From positions 22,382,369 through 22,446,368 of the forward strand of contig JARFYF010000061.1 of the NCBI GenBank assembly GCA_030265395.1: DNA of 64,000 nt, in the 5' to 3' direction. Below, piece by piece: positions 62,697-64,000 of the stretch. The notes below the pieces were generated by a model. The model had not been told where the DNA came from, did no database searches, and saw nothing but the letters and a program-made list of their open reading frames with translations. Within the stretch, counting starts at the first letter, position 1. Each line of letters starts with the position of its first letter. Position numbers and translations under genes: made by a program. The stretch is from Rhina ancylostomus. Lineage: Eukaryota.

Positions 62697-62992
62697 TGGC
62701 AGGCACAGTAGTGTAGCGGTAAGTGTAATGCTATTACAGCACAGCAACTCAGGCTCAATTCCAGCTGCTGTCTGTGAGGAGTTTATACGTTCTCCCCGTG
62801 TCTGTGTTAGTTTCCTCTGGGTACTCTGGTTTTCTCCCACATTCCAAAGACATACGGGTTGGGATGTTGTGGGCGTGCTATATTGGCACGGGAAGTGTGG
62901 TGACACTTGCGGGCTGTCCCCAGAACACTATGCAAAAGATGCATTTCACTGTGTGTTTTGATGTTCATGTGACTAATAAAGATATTTTATCT
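62697..62992 (+). mobile_element. Full-length V-SINE variant with a non-CR1 tail
   Basis: ggcacagtagtgtagcgg head, V-core, tail gcatttcactgtgtgttttgatgttcatgtgactaataaag. Confidence 0.8.
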
Positions 62993-64000
62993 TAACTATT
63001 AAACTTAAGACAGATAGCCTTACTTAGCTGTTTTCCCCTGTCCTGCCTCTGTTAAAACCAAAAACAGACAAGTTCACGCCAAGTTGCTGATTTTTCACAA
63101 CTTAATCGCTCATGTTTCTGAGAGCTTCTTCATTACTAGTGTTGGATTGTGCTTCAACAAAAGAAATTGAAGGTTATATTACATTCATGTTCAGAGATGT
63201 CCCAATCTGCTCCTTGCTCAGTACACCAGACTAGTAACAACTTGTGTTAATTACCAGTAGCCTTGCTACCAGAGTTGCTTTAAGATAAGAAAATTGGAAG
63301 ATTTTATGTAATTATTGCATTCAATCAGTCTGCTTGCTTATGCCAGAGGTAAAATATACCCAGCAGATACTTGTCAATCAAGCAACAAATGTACCAAAAA
63401 TGGGAGCAATTACAGTTTCCCATGTTATTTTGGTTCAGCATTAAGAAATCTAGTAAATAGCGGAGTCATTGGGAATAGAAATGGCTTTACTGAGGGGAAT
63501 TAGCAAGTAAAATCTTACAAAGCACTAGAACTTGGTTGTGACTCAGAGCACTTCCTGGAATTGAAGGTTACTATCCAGAACAACCAGGAAAAAATCTCTG
63601 GACATTGAAGGAATTTAAGATTTGTTTCATTTTCTTTGAACACTGTCAAACAAGTTTTAAAAATAATGGAGAAAATGAGAAAAGCAGCTGTTTCACTGAT
63701 ATTCAGGAATCATTTAGTTAGGTAATTAAACTTTCAGTTTGGCATGGAAATCCATCCGCCGTGATGGTGAACATGTCTAGAGATGAAAGGCAAAAGCAAT
63801 AGAGGTGGGTTATTGATGGTGGGAGATCAGGCAGTTAAATCCTCCAGCAGAGTCTGGCTAGAGTTTAGATATGGTCTGAGACCTGACCAGCCGGTAGGTG
63901 AGAAGCATTTCATGATGTAATCTAAAGATCCAAGAGAAAATAAATATAATCCCAATTCAGATAACAGTGGACTCAGAAATGCAGCATAAAACTACTCCTA

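Noticed and set aside
1-64000. CRISPR arrays, operons or other prokaryotic systems
   Set aside because: Spliced vertebrate gene with vertebrate TEs; no regular repeat-spacer array was seen.

Overview
Eukaryotic (vertebrate) genomic DNA from a gapped draft assembly. The repeat content (V-SINEs, CR1, Penelope-like elements, Deu-domain SINE remnants) points to a cartilaginous fish, possibly a ray or other batoid. The window holds the last ten coding exons (+ strand, 17085-56009, 1606 nt, about 534 aa, all splice phases consistent) of a punctin-family ADAMTS-like gene, most likely adamtsl3. The encoded region runs: end of one Ig domain, two complete Ig domains, four TSP1 repeats, PLAC domain, stop. 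No exon was recognised in the first 17 kb, which is probably one long intron. Introns and the 3' flank are full of decayed transposable elements. Most notable observations: (1) an additional Ig domain (exons 23660-23779 and 30382-30594) that I do not recall in human ADAMTSL3 but do recall in ADAMTSL1; (2) many Penelope-derived terminal fragments carrying degenerate minimal hammerhead-ribozyme cores, including a 186-bp hairpin insertion with a perfect 13-bp target-site duplication; (3) an unexplained diverged 120-bp element present twice in the first intron; (4) several N-gaps that look like overlap artefacts. I found no convincing wholly new biological system. Most ORFs in the supplied track are spurious or TE-derived. 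Repeat boundaries are approximate, and all family and protein comparisons are from recall, not computed.
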